A DNA stretch of 64,000 nt, from IMG/VR virus record IMGVR_UViG_3300021365_000003; one strand, given 5' to 3'. The stretch's first letter is position 1; each line of letters begins with the position of its first letter. The translations under genes were made by a program, and so were the position numbers. Below, one piece after another: positions 48,997-58,489 of this stretch. The stretch is from a virus. The notes under the pieces were generated by a model. It ran no database searches and was not told where the DNA came from. It worked only from the letters and a program-made list of their open reading frames with translations.

Positions 48997-49734
48997 ATGG
49001 CTATTGATATGAGCAAAATGAAGAAGAAGCTTGACAAGCTGAACAACAAGGGTAACGGCGGAGGTCGGTATCTAAAGATGGAGATCGGGAATACTTATGA
49101 GATTCGTATTCTTCCTACGCCTGATGGCGATCCATTCAAGCAGTATTTTGTCCACTATCGTGTGGGCGACTCTCAACCGTTCCTCTCGCCAAAGAAGAAC
49201 TTCAACGAGGATGATGCGCTTGATCGGTTCGTGCGAAAACTTTATGATGAGGGTTCGGAAGAAAGCCGAAACATGGCTCGTGACTTGTCTGCTAAGGCTC
49301 GTTTCTTCTCACCTGTAATTGTTCGTGGACAGGAAGATGATGGTCCAAAGGTTTGGTCTTACTCGAAGACTGTATACCAGGAGCTTCTAAAGACTGTGCT
49401 GGATCCGGACTTTGGTGACATCACAGACCCAAGTGCTGGATTCGATCTCAAGGTTACTTACGATAAGCCGAATGGTAAGATGTATCCTGAGACCGTGGTT
49501 CGTCCTCGACCAAAGGCTACAAAGCTTTCCAAGGATGAGAATCAGACCGAAGAGTGGCTCGCAAACCTTCCGGACATTGATGGAATGCAAACCCGAAAGA
49601 CTCCGGCAGAGGTTCAGGAAATCCTAGATGCCTTTCTTATGTCTGACGACGTAGATCCGGAAGAGATGGCTAGTGAGACTATCCGCTCTGGTGGCGGCAG
49701 TCGAGTGGCCAACGCAATTGCCGACTTGGTATAG
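48997..49734 (+). CDS. Single-stranded DNA-binding protein (T4 gp32-like)
   Basis: IRILP, HY, PKVWSYSKTVYQELL, DFGDITDP..GFDL; acidic tail; AGGAGG RBS. Confidence 0.8.
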   Translation: MAIDMSKMKKKLDKLNNKGNGGGRYLKMEIGNTYEIRILPTPDGDPFKQYFVHYRVGDSQPFLSPKKNFNEDDALDRFVRKLYDEGSEESRNMARDLSAKARFFSPVIVRGQEDDGPKVWSYSKTVYQELLKTVLDPDFGDITDPSAGFDLKVTYDKPNGKMYPETVVRPRPKATKLSKDENQTEEWLANLPDIDGMQTRKTPAEVQEILDAFLMSDDVDPEEMASETIRSGGGSRVANAIADLV

Positions 49735-49741
49735 GGGGTTT

Positions 49742-50827
49742 ATGGGGATCAAAGATCTAAAAGATATCCTAAATAAGAAAATGGGCGCAATCGTCGCTCA
49801 TGATCTTACAAAGGAAAACCCAACAGAGGTGAAAGATTGGATCCCCACAGGTTCTCGGTGGCTTGACTCTATTATTTGTAAGGGTCAAGTTGCCGGGATC
49901 CCTGTTGGGAAGTGGACTGAAATCGCCGGCCTGGAGTCGACGGGTAAGTCTTACATGGCGGCACAGATTGCTGCTTCGGCTCAACGTAAAGGTATTCAGG
50001 TTGTTTATTTTGATTCAGAATCATCAATCGATCCTGCTTTCTTGACGTCGGCAGGTTGTGAGCTAGAGGATTTGCTTTATGTTCAGGCAACTACCGTTGA
50101 AGATGTGCTTGGATCAATAGAAACAATCCTAGAACAAACCGAAGATCGTGTTTTGTTTATTTGGGACTCGTTGGCTATGACACCAGCAAGAGCAGATCTA
50201 GAGAAAGATTTCAACCCTCAAGCAACAATGGCAATGAAGCCAAGAGTGCTAGCAAAGGGAACAGAAAAGCTTTCAATTCCAGTCGCAGACAAGCAAGCAA
50301 CTGTTTTGATTCTAAATCAGCTCAAAACAAACATTACCTCAAACATCGCTGAGGCAATGACCACACCTTTCTTCACTCCAGGCGGCAAAGCACTTTCGTA
50401 TGTTTATTCGCTTCGGATTTGGCTTACAGGTTCAAAAGCAAAGAAAAACTTTATTACAGATGAAACTGGCTTCCGCCTTGGTAAGCTTGTGCGCTGTAAG
50501 CTAGAAAAGTCAAGGTTTGGAACCGAAGGTCGAAACTGTGAGTTCAAGATTATGTTTGGGACAGACAGCCCAGGTATTCTTGATGAGGAGTCTTGGTTGG
50601 ATGCAATTAAGATTTCCGATCGAGTAAAGTCCGGTGCGTGGTATACTCTAACGTTCCGTGATGGGACCGAGAAAAAGTTCCGTGCTGCTGATTGGCTCAA
50701 AGAGCTAGAAGATCCTTTATTCCGACGTGAGATCTTAGATATCATGGACGAAGTAGTAGTAAGGAAATTCGATGAAAGAACAGGAAACGCAGAAGATTAC
50801 TACGACGAAGAGAGCACCGACGAGTAG
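49742..50827 (+). CDS. recA: RecA/UvsX recombinase
   Basis: IPTGS, Walker A GLESTGKS, YFDSE, IWDS, LNQ, TPGGKAL. Confidence 0.93.
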   Translation: MGIKDLKDILNKKMGAIVAHDLTKENPTEVKDWIPTGSRWLDSIICKGQVAGIPVGKWTEIAGLESTGKSYMAAQIAASAQRKGIQVVYFDSESSIDPAFLTSAGCELEDLLYVQATTVEDVLGSIETILEQTEDRVLFIWDSLAMTPARADLEKDFNPQATMAMKPRVLAKGTEKLSIPVADKQATVLILNQLKTNITSNIAEAMTTPFFTPGGKALSYVYSLRIWLTGSKAKKNFITDETGFRLGKLVRCKLEKSRFGTEGRNCEFKIMFGTDSPGILDEESWLDAIKISDRVKSGAWYTLTFRDGTEKKFRAADWLKELEDPLFRREILDIMDEVVVRKFDERTGNAEDYYDEESTDE

Positions 50828-51203
50828 GGAAAGGAGGATGCTGGGCCTTGCTGCAAAGCAGGCCAGCACCTCTAACTTCCCTGTGTTTAGGCACGGTGCT
50901 GTTTTAGCGAAGGGATCAAAAGTTTTGAGTTTGGGCGTCAATAAGAATCAGTTTAATTCTTTTGCGGCTAAGTTCAAGAAAAAACCAGAACACGCTACTG
51001 TTCACGCAGAACTTGGTTGTATTCTAGGGGTTGACAGACGTTCAACCTCTGGAGCAACCATTTATGTCGTGCGCATTAGCCCACAAGGAGAATGGCGTAT
51101 GTCAAAGCCTTGTTGTATGTGCCAAGCCGCAATGCGGCACGTTGGTATCAGACGAGTGATTTACTCTGTCGACGAAAAATTTATAGGAGAAATGAAATTA
51201 TGA
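50772..51203 (+). CDS. Zn-dependent cytidine/dCMP deaminase-family protein
   Basis: HGAVL, HAE, SKPCCMC, GIRRVIYS. Confidence 0.85.
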   Translation: MKEQETQKITTTKRAPTSRERRMLGLAAKQASTSNFPVFRHGAVLAKGSKVLSLGVNKNQFNSFAAKFKKKPEHATVHAELGCILGVDRRSTSGATIYVVRISPQGEWRMSKPCCMCQAAMRHVGIRRVIYSVDEKFIGEMKL

Positions 51204-51595
51204 ACGGACAACTAGTTGAATACCACAACCCATCATATGGCGAGCGGTATGGTGTTGTAAAAGAAATGCGAAAAGATGGAAAAACGTTGATTGCGACAAG
51301 CTGGCACGCATTATCCGGAGGCAAGTTCGGGCCGACAACAAGAACGTCAGGCGAAAAAGCTTTTATTAGACTAACACCAGAAGACATGTATACTCGTCAA
51401 GGGTCAATCCAAGACCATTTTGAACGACTTTGGAAGACAAGAAATGGGGGTGTGGCCCCTACAAAGACCCTTGTATTTGCGAACACATTAGCAGACGGGA
51501 CACTTGAAGGAGAGATTAGTTTCTTACCAGCCCAGATGGCCGAAGAACTAGTCGACTATTTTCTGAGTGAGGGATGGTTTGCAAATGCCGAATAA
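51200..51595 (+). CDS. Hypothetical protein
   Basis: ATGA overlap with the deaminase stop; AGGAG upstream. Confidence 0.55.
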   Translation: MNGQLVEYHNPSYGERYGVVKEMRKDGKTLIATSWHALSGGKFGPTTRTSGEKAFIRLTPEDMYTRQGSIQDHFERLWKTRNGGVAPTKTLVFANTLADGTLEGEISFLPAQMAEELVDYFLSEGWFANAE

Positions 51596-52568
51596 AAAGA
51601 TTATGATCATCGATGCCCTCAATATGTTTTTGAGGTCATATGTTGTAAACCCCTCTCTTGGACCTAATGGGGATCCGATCGGTGGGTTCTATGGCTTTCT
51701 CAAGTCAATGCAGAAATGTATTCGTGAGATCGATCCGCAAGAAGTCCACATCTGTTGGGACGGACCAGGAGGGGCAGTTCGCAAAAGATCCGAGAACAAA
51801 GGATACAAAGAAGGTCGTAAGCCAATCAAAATGAATTGGAACTATAACCATCTTACTGACGATGACAAACTAAAAAACAAAGTTTGGCAACAACTGCGCT
51901 TGATAGAGTATTTGGAGACCTTGCCGGTAAAGCAATACCTCCACAAAGGAATAGAGGCTGATGATATTATTGCTTATTTATGTACTTTCCCAGGCTCGAA
52001 AGACGCAGTAAAGATCATTGTATCCAGCGACAAGGACTTTTTACAGCTTTGCTCTAATGATACTATTTTATACCGTCCCATTTCAGATAGTTTTGAGACT
52101 CATAAAACAGTAACAGAAAAGTATAAAGTTCACCCAACCAATATGGCGCTGGCTAGGGCCGTAGAGGGCGACAAATCAGACAACCTACCCGGTGTGAAGG
52201 GTGTCGGCATCAAGACGCTTGTAAAGGCCTTTCCGTTCCTTTCAGAGGATAAGTTCTATGGGGTTGATGACATTCTCAAAGGCTGTAGAAAGGTAGAAAA
52301 GAAAATGTCTGTCCATAAAAAGCTGCTAGAGTCCAAGGACCTTTTATACAGCAATTACAAAATGATGCAACTTTATGCGCCAGACATTCCGATTGGGGTT
52401 GCGGACGGCACAAAAGAAGTGTATAATGAACCGTTCTCGTATAGTCAAAAAGACTTTGATGCGAAACTGATTAAAGAAGGGTTGGGTGCCTATGACTGGT
52501 CCTCACTCCGTCTTTTTTCTAGAATGGTAATGAACAACCAAAGAACCCTAGCGAAACAAGGAGCATAG
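51585..52568 (+). CDS. 5'-3' exonuclease / flap endonuclease (Pol I N-domain, T4 RNase H-like)
   Basis: IIDALN, YKEGR, EADDIIA, SSDKDFLQL, GDKSDNLPGVKGVG. Confidence 0.92.
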   Translation: MPNKKIMIIDALNMFLRSYVVNPSLGPNGDPIGGFYGFLKSMQKCIREIDPQEVHICWDGPGGAVRKRSENKGYKEGRKPIKMNWNYNHLTDDDKLKNKVWQQLRLIEYLETLPVKQYLHKGIEADDIIAYLCTFPGSKDAVKIIVSSDKDFLQLCSNDTILYRPISDSFETHKTVTEKYKVHPTNMALARAVEGDKSDNLPGVKGVGIKTLVKAFPFLSEDKFYGVDDILKGCRKVEKKMSVHKKLLESKDLLYSNYKMMQLYAPDIPIGVADGTKEVYNEPFSYSQKDFDAKLIKEGLGAYDWSSLRLFSRMVMNNQRTLAKQGA

Positions 52569-52570
52569 CT

Positions 52571-53959
52571 ATGATTAAAGATACAACATTTGGTAATAAA
52601 GACGGGTTCGAGAAGTTTGGTAAGTCTTTCCAAGAAAAGCTTTGCAAACTTATTATGTTCGATCGTCCTTTTGCCGATCAAATGGAAGAAGTCCTGGACG
52701 TGTCTTTTTTCGAGAACAAAGCTTTACAAGAACTAACAAAGCTTATTTTCAGACATAGAACAGAATACAGTGTTCATCCGTCCGAAGAAACCTTAGAGAC
52801 TTTGGTAAGAACTGAAATCACAGATCTTCCAGAGTCAGTCCAGGCAACGATTCGAAACTTTGTTGCAAAATCTATTGGAAACCAGATTGTAGCAGATTCT
52901 GATTATATTAAGAATCAGGCATTAGACTTTTGCAAGAAGCAGAAACTCCAAGAAGCTATTTTACATTCTATCTCTTTGATCAAAAGCTCTTCGTTTGACG
53001 AGGTGAAAGGAGTTATCGACGAAGCACTAAAGCTTGGAATGGACAATGACTTTGGTCACGACTTTATCAAGGACTTTGATGCTCGGTATGTGGAAAAGCC
53101 CAGGCACCCCGTTACAACAGGATGGTCGCTTATTGACGATCTAACACAAGGTGGCCACGGTATTGGAGAACTAGGTGTAGTTATCGCACCAACAGGAGCA
53201 GGAAAATCAATGGCCTTGGCCCATCTAGGAGCACAAGCTGCGAAAGCAGGTAAGACTGTTGTTCATTATACACTAGAGCTGTCTGATAAGGTGGTAGCAC
53301 AAAGATACGATTCTTGTATTTCCGAGATCAAACTAAACGAACTAAGAAATAGAAAAGAAGATGTTTTAGACTCGATTAAAGAGATTGAGGGCGCCATTAT
53401 TGTAAAGGAGTATCCAACAAAATCAGCATCTGTTGCGACTCTTGACCGCCACTTGGAAAAGCTAGTATCAAGAGGCATTCCTATTGGAACAATCGTTGTT
53501 GATTATGCCGATCTTTTAAAGTCCGTAACTAGTTATAAGGACAAAAGATTTGAACTTGAATCTATCTATGAAAACCTACGAGGTCTAGCACAAAAATACG
53601 CTTGTCCTATTTGGACCGCATCTCAGACAAACCGCTCTGGTGTTAATGCCGAAATCGTAACGATGGAAGCTATTTCAGAAGCATTTAGTAAGTGCTTTGT
53701 TGCTGATTTTATTTGCTCGCTCTCTAGGACAATCGATGATCGAAACAATAATACCGGCCGTTTGTATGTCGCAAAAAACAGAAACGGTGCGGATGGGCTA
53801 GTTTTTCCTTTATATATGGATACCAGCAATGTTAAGATTCGAGTTTTGGAGCCAACAAATGAATCAATCGAAGATCTAAAAAAGAATACAGCAAAAAGAC
53901 AGATGAATCATCTGCGAGAACAATACAAACAAATGAAAACTGAAGGAGAAAATAGTTAA
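52571..53959 (+). CDS. dnaB: Replicative helicase (DnaB/gp41-like)
   Basis: APTGAGKS Walker A, YTLELS, VVDYADLL, WTASQTNR, KNRNG. Confidence 0.92.
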   Translation: MIKDTTFGNKDGFEKFGKSFQEKLCKLIMFDRPFADQMEEVLDVSFFENKALQELTKLIFRHRTEYSVHPSEETLETLVRTEITDLPESVQATIRNFVAKSIGNQIVADSDYIKNQALDFCKKQKLQEAILHSISLIKSSSFDEVKGVIDEALKLGMDNDFGHDFIKDFDARYVEKPRHPVTTGWSLIDDLTQGGHGIGELGVVIAPTGAGKSMALAHLGAQAAKAGKTVVHYTLELSDKVVAQRYDSCISEIKLNELRNRKEDVLDSIKEIEGAIIVKEYPTKSASVATLDRHLEKLVSRGIPIGTIVVDYADLLKSVTSYKDKRFELESIYENLRGLAQKYACPIWTASQTNRSGVNAEIVTMEAISEAFSKCFVADFICSLSRTIDDRNNNTGRLYVAKNRNGADGLVFPLYMDTSNVKIRVLEPTNESIEDLKKNTAKRQMNHLREQYKQMKTEGENS

Positions 53960-55818
53960 TGGAACTTGCTACAAAGATTTTATCAGACATCACGGTGCAC
54001 ATGAAGTACGCCAAATACGACCCGGTCCAACAGCGTAGGGAAAGTTGGGACGAGTTGGTAAATAGAAATATGTATTTGCATGTTAAGAAATACCCAGATC
54101 TAGCCGGGGAGATCGTCAATGTTTATGAGGACTATGTAAGACCTAGAAAGGTTCTTCCTTCAATGCGCTCAATGCAGTTTGCTGGAAAGCCTATTGAGGT
54201 TGCGCCAAACAGAGTATACAACTGCGCCTACCTGCCTATCGACCACTCAGCAGCTTTTTCCGAGACAATGTTTCTTCTTCTTGGAGGAACAGGTGTGGGA
54301 TACTCAGTACAAACTCACCACGTTGAAAAGCTTCCTGAGATCCGCCGGCCAAATGAAAAAAGAACCCGTCGTTTTCTTATTGGCGACTCAATTGAAGGCT
54401 GGGCTGATTCTGTAAAAGCACTAATCTTATCTTACTATCGTGGTACTTCTAGGATTCGTTTTGACTTTTCAGACATCCGACCAAAAGGTGCTCGTCTAGT
54501 TACATCAGGAGGCAAAGCGCCAGGACCGCAGCCTTTGCGTGAGTGTCTTGTAAAGCTTGAAGGCATTCTTTCACAGAAGGAAGATGGTGATAAGCTTGAC
54601 CCAATCGAAGTCCATGATATGATTTGCCATATTGCGGATGCTGTCCTTGCGGGAGGCATTCGCCGTGCCGCTCTTATCGCTCTTTTCTCAGCTGATGATG
54701 ATGAAATGATTGCTTCAAAGGTTGGAGACTGGTGGGAAGCAAACCCACACCGTGGTCGAGCAAACAACTCAGCTGTAATCCTACGCCACAAAGTTGATAA
54801 AGATTATTTTCTTTCACTTTGGGATCGAATCCAAAAGTCAGGTTCAGGTGAGCCCGGTATCTACCTATCAAACGATAAGGATTGGGGGACAAACCCTTGT
54901 TGTGAAATCGCACTTCGCCCTTATCAGTTCTGTAACCTAACTGAGATCAATGCTTCAGATCTTGACTCACAAGAAGAGTATGAAGCTCGTTGCCGTGCTG
55001 CTGCTTTCCTAGGCACGCTCCAAGCCGGCTATACAGACTTTCACTACTTGCGTGATGTTTGGCGAAGAACAACAGAGAAAGACGCACTTATTGGCGTATC
55101 AATGACCGGCATCGCATCAGGAGCAGTGTTGGATCTGGATATGGAAGCAGGCGCAAGATCAGTAAAAGAAGAAAATAAAAGAGTTGCCGATCTTATTGGT
55201 ATTCGACAAGCCGCAAGAACCACTTGTGTGAAGCCGGCTGGTACAACTTCACTAACGCTTGGAACATCATCAGGTATTCATGCGTGGCATAGTGACTATT
55301 ACATTCGTCGGCTTCGCTTGGGCAAGAATGAAGCAATCTATTCTTATCTCTCGGAGAACCATCCAGAGTTAGTTGAGGATGAATACTTCCGACCACACGA
55401 CACAGCAGTTGTTTCAGTTCCTCAAAAGGCTCCTGAAGGGGCTATCTACCGAACAGAAAGCGCCCTATCACTACTCAAGCGCATTGAACGAGTTTCACGT
55501 GATTGGGTAAAGTCCGGACACCGGAAGGGAGAGAACACACACAACGTTTCAGCAACTGTCTCAGTTCGTGAAAGTGAATGGGATGATGTTGGTGAATGGA
55601 TGTGGGAAAACAGGAATGTCTATAACGGTCTCTCTGTTCTTCCCTATTCTGATCACACGCACGTTCAGTTACCTTTCCAAGAGTGCTCAAAAGAAGAATA
55701 CAATGCTTTGCTTGGAGCGCTAAAAGATGTTGATCTTACAAAGATCATTGAAACAGAAGACAATACAGACTTAGCAGGCGAACTAGCTTGCGTCGCCGGA
55801 AGCTGCGAAGTAAAATAA
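53959..55818 (+). CDS. nrdJ: Class II (adenosylcobalamin-dependent) ribonucleotide reductase
   Basis: YNCAY, GGTGVG, GGIRRAALI, TNPCCEI, FCNL, CVKPAGT, C-terminal CVAGSC; no beta-subunit gene nearby. Confidence 0.88.
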   Translation: MELATKILSDITVHMKYAKYDPVQQRRESWDELVNRNMYLHVKKYPDLAGEIVNVYEDYVRPRKVLPSMRSMQFAGKPIEVAPNRVYNCAYLPIDHSAAFSETMFLLLGGTGVGYSVQTHHVEKLPEIRRPNEKRTRRFLIGDSIEGWADSVKALILSYYRGTSRIRFDFSDIRPKGARLVTSGGKAPGPQPLRECLVKLEGILSQKEDGDKLDPIEVHDMICHIADAVLAGGIRRAALIALFSADDDEMIASKVGDWWEANPHRGRANNSAVILRHKVDKDYFLSLWDRIQKSGSGEPGIYLSNDKDWGTNPCCEIALRPYQFCNLTEINASDLDSQEEYEARCRAAAFLGTLQAGYTDFHYLRDVWRRTTEKDALIGVSMTGIASGAVLDLDMEAGARSVKEENKRVADLIGIRQAARTTCVKPAGTTSLTLGTSSGIHAWHSDYYIRRLRLGKNEAIYSYLSENHPELVEDEYFRPHDTAVVSVPQKAPEGAIYRTESALSLLKRIERVSRDWVKSGHRKGENTHNVSATVSVRESEWDDVGEWMWENRNVYNGLSVLPYSDHTHVQLPFQECSKEEYNALLGALKDVDLTKIIETEDNTDLAGELACVAGSCEVK

Positions 55819-55833
55819 CGACCGCTCTGCTCG

Positions 55834-55873
55834 ATCCGGCCGGAAGCAAATAACACTTGACTTCCGGCCGGAT
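55834..55873. repeat. Perfect 13-bp inverted repeat ATCCGGCCGGAAG / CTTCCGGCCGGAT
   Basis: Arms at 55834-55846 and 55861-55873; 14-nt loop. Confidence 0.9.
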
Positions 55874-55885
55874 GCGTGCTAGAAT
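55857..55885 (+). promoter_or_regulatory. Sigma70-type promoter TTGACT-N17-TAGAAT (extended -10)
   Basis: 17-bp spacer, TGn before the -10; intergenic. Confidence 0.75.
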
Positions 55886-55952
55886 GATATCTGTTGAGTG
55901 GAGGAGCGCCCGTCGCCCCCGGCTCGCAAACTAACATAAATGGAGGACAATT

Positions 55953-56222
55953 ATGAAAGAAGAAGAAAAGACAGAAAAGATCCGAGAGTTCATTCAGACT
56001 TTTGATGCTATTGAGCAAGAAATGGAACCCTACAAGGACGCAAAGCGAGATCTTCGTGCGAACTACAAAGAAAACGAATGGCTTACCGGAGATGAGATGC
56101 GACTAGCAGTAAGGGCCTATCGTATGCTCAAGAAGGATGAAAACCTAGAAGAACTACAAGAAATGTATAGTAAGCTTTTGACTACTATCTCAACAAAGCG
56201 AGGTTATTCAGATGCATCTTAA
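55953..56222 (+). CDS. Small DNA-binding protein, GapR/DUF2312- or T4 DsbA-like
   Basis: IREFIQTFDAIEQE..KRDLRANYKE..MRLAVRAYRM helical pattern; GGAGG RBS. Confidence 0.5.
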   Translation: MKEEEKTEKIREFIQTFDAIEQEMEPYKDAKRDLRANYKENEWLTGDEMRLAVRAYRMLKKDENLEELQEMYSKLLTTISTKRGYSDAS

Positions 56223-56508
56223 CCCTTGCAATCGGTTCTTGCATATTTCATTGATTGAGCCTGAGCCTGAAAAAGAAACTAAAGAAGCAAAAGTGCTGCT
56301 TCCAGACGACTACCTGAAAGAAGTAAAACAAAGATACCGAACAGCTAGCCTTCTTGGTGTTGGAGAGCAGTGCACAGTGTTTTCTTCTAGCGACGTTGGT
56401 AGTACCTTGGTCGTAGTCGATACAACTATGATGGAAAGCTTTGTCGATCCAAGCGGAAAAGAGCAGTTTTTCATTCTAGAAAGTCACATTTTAGGCACTT
56501 ACCGATAA
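56212..56508 (+). CDS. GroES-like co-chaperonin (gp31-like)
   Basis: LNPCNRFLHI, mobile loop VLLPD, LGVG, VG..VVV, ILESHILG. Confidence 0.65.
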   Translation: MHLNPCNRFLHISLIEPEPEKETKEAKVLLPDDYLKEVKQRYRTASLLGVGEQCTVFSSSDVGSTLVVVDTTMMESFVDPSGKEQFFILESHILGTYR

Positions 56509-56517
56509 AGGAGATAA

Positions 56518-56856
56518 ATGAGAAAACTAATAGTAGTGGGTACCCTCTTATTGGCGCTAGGGTTTTCCCGTAAAGCAGCAGCCGATTGTATTTGTTACGG
56601 TATTAACTGGCAATCAGACTATGAGTATGCAACTTTAGAATGCCTGCAGGATACCGATCCTTGTCAAATACCAGAAGTTATCGGAGAAGACAATAGAGTA
56701 TGGGAGATCATTCCAATTGGAGAGTGGCCATCCGGCTTGACTGAGCTGGTCTGTGATCAACATACTTGTAGTGAATGCGGGACTGCTGTTTATGACTGTG
56801 ATAATGTTAGACCATCAATGAGGCGACGCCTTGTTGATACAATCGAGGGTTGCTAA
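56518..56856 (+). CDS. Exported Cys-rich protein
   Basis: Signal peptide ending AAA; 9 Cys in the mature part; AAGGAG RBS. Confidence 0.6.
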   Translation: MRKLIVVGTLLLALGFSRKAAADCICYGINWQSDYEYATLECLQDTDPCQIPEVIGEDNRVWEIIPIGEWPSGLTELVCDQHTCSECGTAVYDCDNVRPSMRRRLVDTIEGC

Positions 56857-57560
56857 TGGAAATCAAAGATGAAACAATCTATTTGTATGGAGATGAGATC
56901 GGAAGATGCGACTTTATACAATCATGGGGAAATGACATTATGGCTGTCAATGCGGCCAGAGCCTCATTTGGCGTTGAGAAAGAAGATCTAGATGAAAAAG
57001 ATAAAAAACTTATCAACTTTTTAGTGAAGCATAAACATACGTCAGTGTTTGAGCACGGCGGAATCACTTTTAGATGTGTTGTGCCTTTGTTTGTACGCTC
57101 TCAACATCATCGCCATAGGACTTGGTCTTATAACGAGATCTCAAGGCGATACACAAACGTCAACCTGCAGTTCTATGAGCCAGAAAGCTTTAGAACCCAG
57201 CATAAAAGCAACAGGCAAGCATCAAACGATAAAGATCTGATCAACCCAGAGCTACAACATTGCTTACGAACCCGAAGGGTCAGCGATCACGTTCGGGTCC
57301 ACCATGTTCAAAGTATTGAGCTTTTCGATACAATGATTGGAGCAGGAGTTTGTCGAGAACAAGCAAGAGGAGTACTGCCTCAGAACCTCTACACAACTTA
57401 CTATGCATCGGCTAATGTCTCAAACATTATAAAGTTCATTGGGCTTAGAGACAAGCCGGAAGCACAACAAGAGATTCGGGTGTTAGCACAAGCAATGAAA
57501 AAGTTCTTAGAAAGAGAGTTCCCACACACAGCAAAAGCAATGGAGGCTGGTTATGATTGA
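56856..57560 (+). CDS. thyX: Flavin-dependent thymidylate synthase ThyX
   Basis: AARAS, HTSVFEH, RHRTWSYNEISRRY, EQARGVLP, AQQEIR. Confidence 0.95.
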   Translation: MEIKDETIYLYGDEIGRCDFIQSWGNDIMAVNAARASFGVEKEDLDEKDKKLINFLVKHKHTSVFEHGGITFRCVVPLFVRSQHHRHRTWSYNEISRRYTNVNLQFYEPESFRTQHKSNRQASNDKDLINPELQHCLRTRRVSDHVRVHHVQSIELFDTMIGAGVCREQARGVLPQNLYTTYYASANVSNIIKFIGLRDKPEAQQEIRVLAQAMKKFLEREFPHTAKAMEAGYD

Positions 57561-57642
57561 TTATTTTATTTTTGGACTGACTGCATCGTTCGTTCTCGTT
57601 TTTGGCTTTGCCTATCTTTCAGCACTGAAAGGGGATGATTGA
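57553..57642 (+). CDS. 29-aa membrane micro-protein MIDYFIFGLTASFVLVFGFAYLSALKGDD
   Basis: GGAGG RBS; fills the gap exactly and overlaps both neighbours; single TM helix. Confidence 0.55.
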   Translation: MIDYFIFGLTASFVLVFGFAYLSALKGDD

Positions 57643-58489
57643 GTATGAATACGATGAAGTTGTTGTTGGGGGCAACATTTCTTCATTGGTTTTTGCCATA
57701 GAAAATAAACTTCCAATCATCTCAACCCGATGGGAAGACTTTCAGATGTATGATAGATTAGAATACGATGAAAGATGGGTAGAAACGTTTGATAAAGTGG
57801 GGATCCCAAGCGATCACTGGGAAGCCGATTATAAAACTCATACAAAAAAGATAATGAGTTCCGGCTTATCAGAGCTGCTTGGGATTCTTCATTTGTATCA
57901 TGGAAGGCATTACCCAAAAATCTATTGCCCTTTCAACGATGGAATGTATTTCCACAAAGGAAAGATGAGGATTATCGCAAGCAACAAGTTTGACTTTCAC
58001 GTAAAAGCCAACACATACCACGTTTTCGATGCTGAACAGATAAAAAACAAATCGTTTGAGGTCGAGAGCATCGAAAATAAAAAAGAGTTTCGAATAGTTG
58101 ATTATCTTATAGCAAAGAAGCCACTGAGATATCCAGGCAATGGAGTTCAGGGCAATGACTTTTTTGTAAATGAGATCATCACAAAAAACGTTAGAGAACA
58201 TTATGCGATCTCTTATCTAAACAGCCGTCAGATAAACAGACACAACTATGCTGACTATTCTGTTCGTTTCAAAGCACAAGACATAATGAAGGCTGCCGGC
58301 ATCACAGGATACGCTAGAGCAGACAAGCCACACCTTTTTCGTGGCATCTCATTAAGACCTCAAAAAAGAGAAATTTACTCTTTAGAGAAAAAAAATTATA
58401 AAAATGTGGATAATTTTCGCTTCCCAAACGTCCAACATAGATGGGGTGTTTGCGAAAGTTTACTAAAATTGGATTTACCGGCGCTATGA
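57635..58489 (+). CDS. Hypothetical protein with degenerate Rossmann-like N-terminus
   Basis: YDEVVVGGNISSLVFA resembles a dinucleotide-binding start. Confidence 0.5.
   Translation: MIEYEYDEVVVGGNISSLVFAIENKLPIISTRWEDFQMYDRLEYDERWVETFDKVGIPSDHWEADYKTHTKKIMSSGLSELLGILHLYHGRHYPKIYCPFNDGMYFHKGKMRIIASNKFDFHVKANTYHVFDAEQIKNKSFEVESIENKKEFRIVDYLIAKKPLRYPGNGVQGNDFFVNEIITKNVREHYAISYLNSRQINRHNYADYSVRFKAQDIMKAAGITGYARADKPHLFRGISLRPQKREIYSLEKKNYKNVDNFRFPNVQHRWGVCESLLKLDLPAL

Noticed and set aside
20464-55818. Inteins or introns in terminase, RecA, helicase or RNR
   Set aside because: ORF lengths are ordinary and uninterrupted; no intein termini or homing-endonuclease motifs seen
53959-55952. Cobalamin riboswitch associated with nrdJ
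   Set aside because: nrdJ is translationally coupled to the helicase with no leader; the downstream gap is explained by a promoter and inverted repeat
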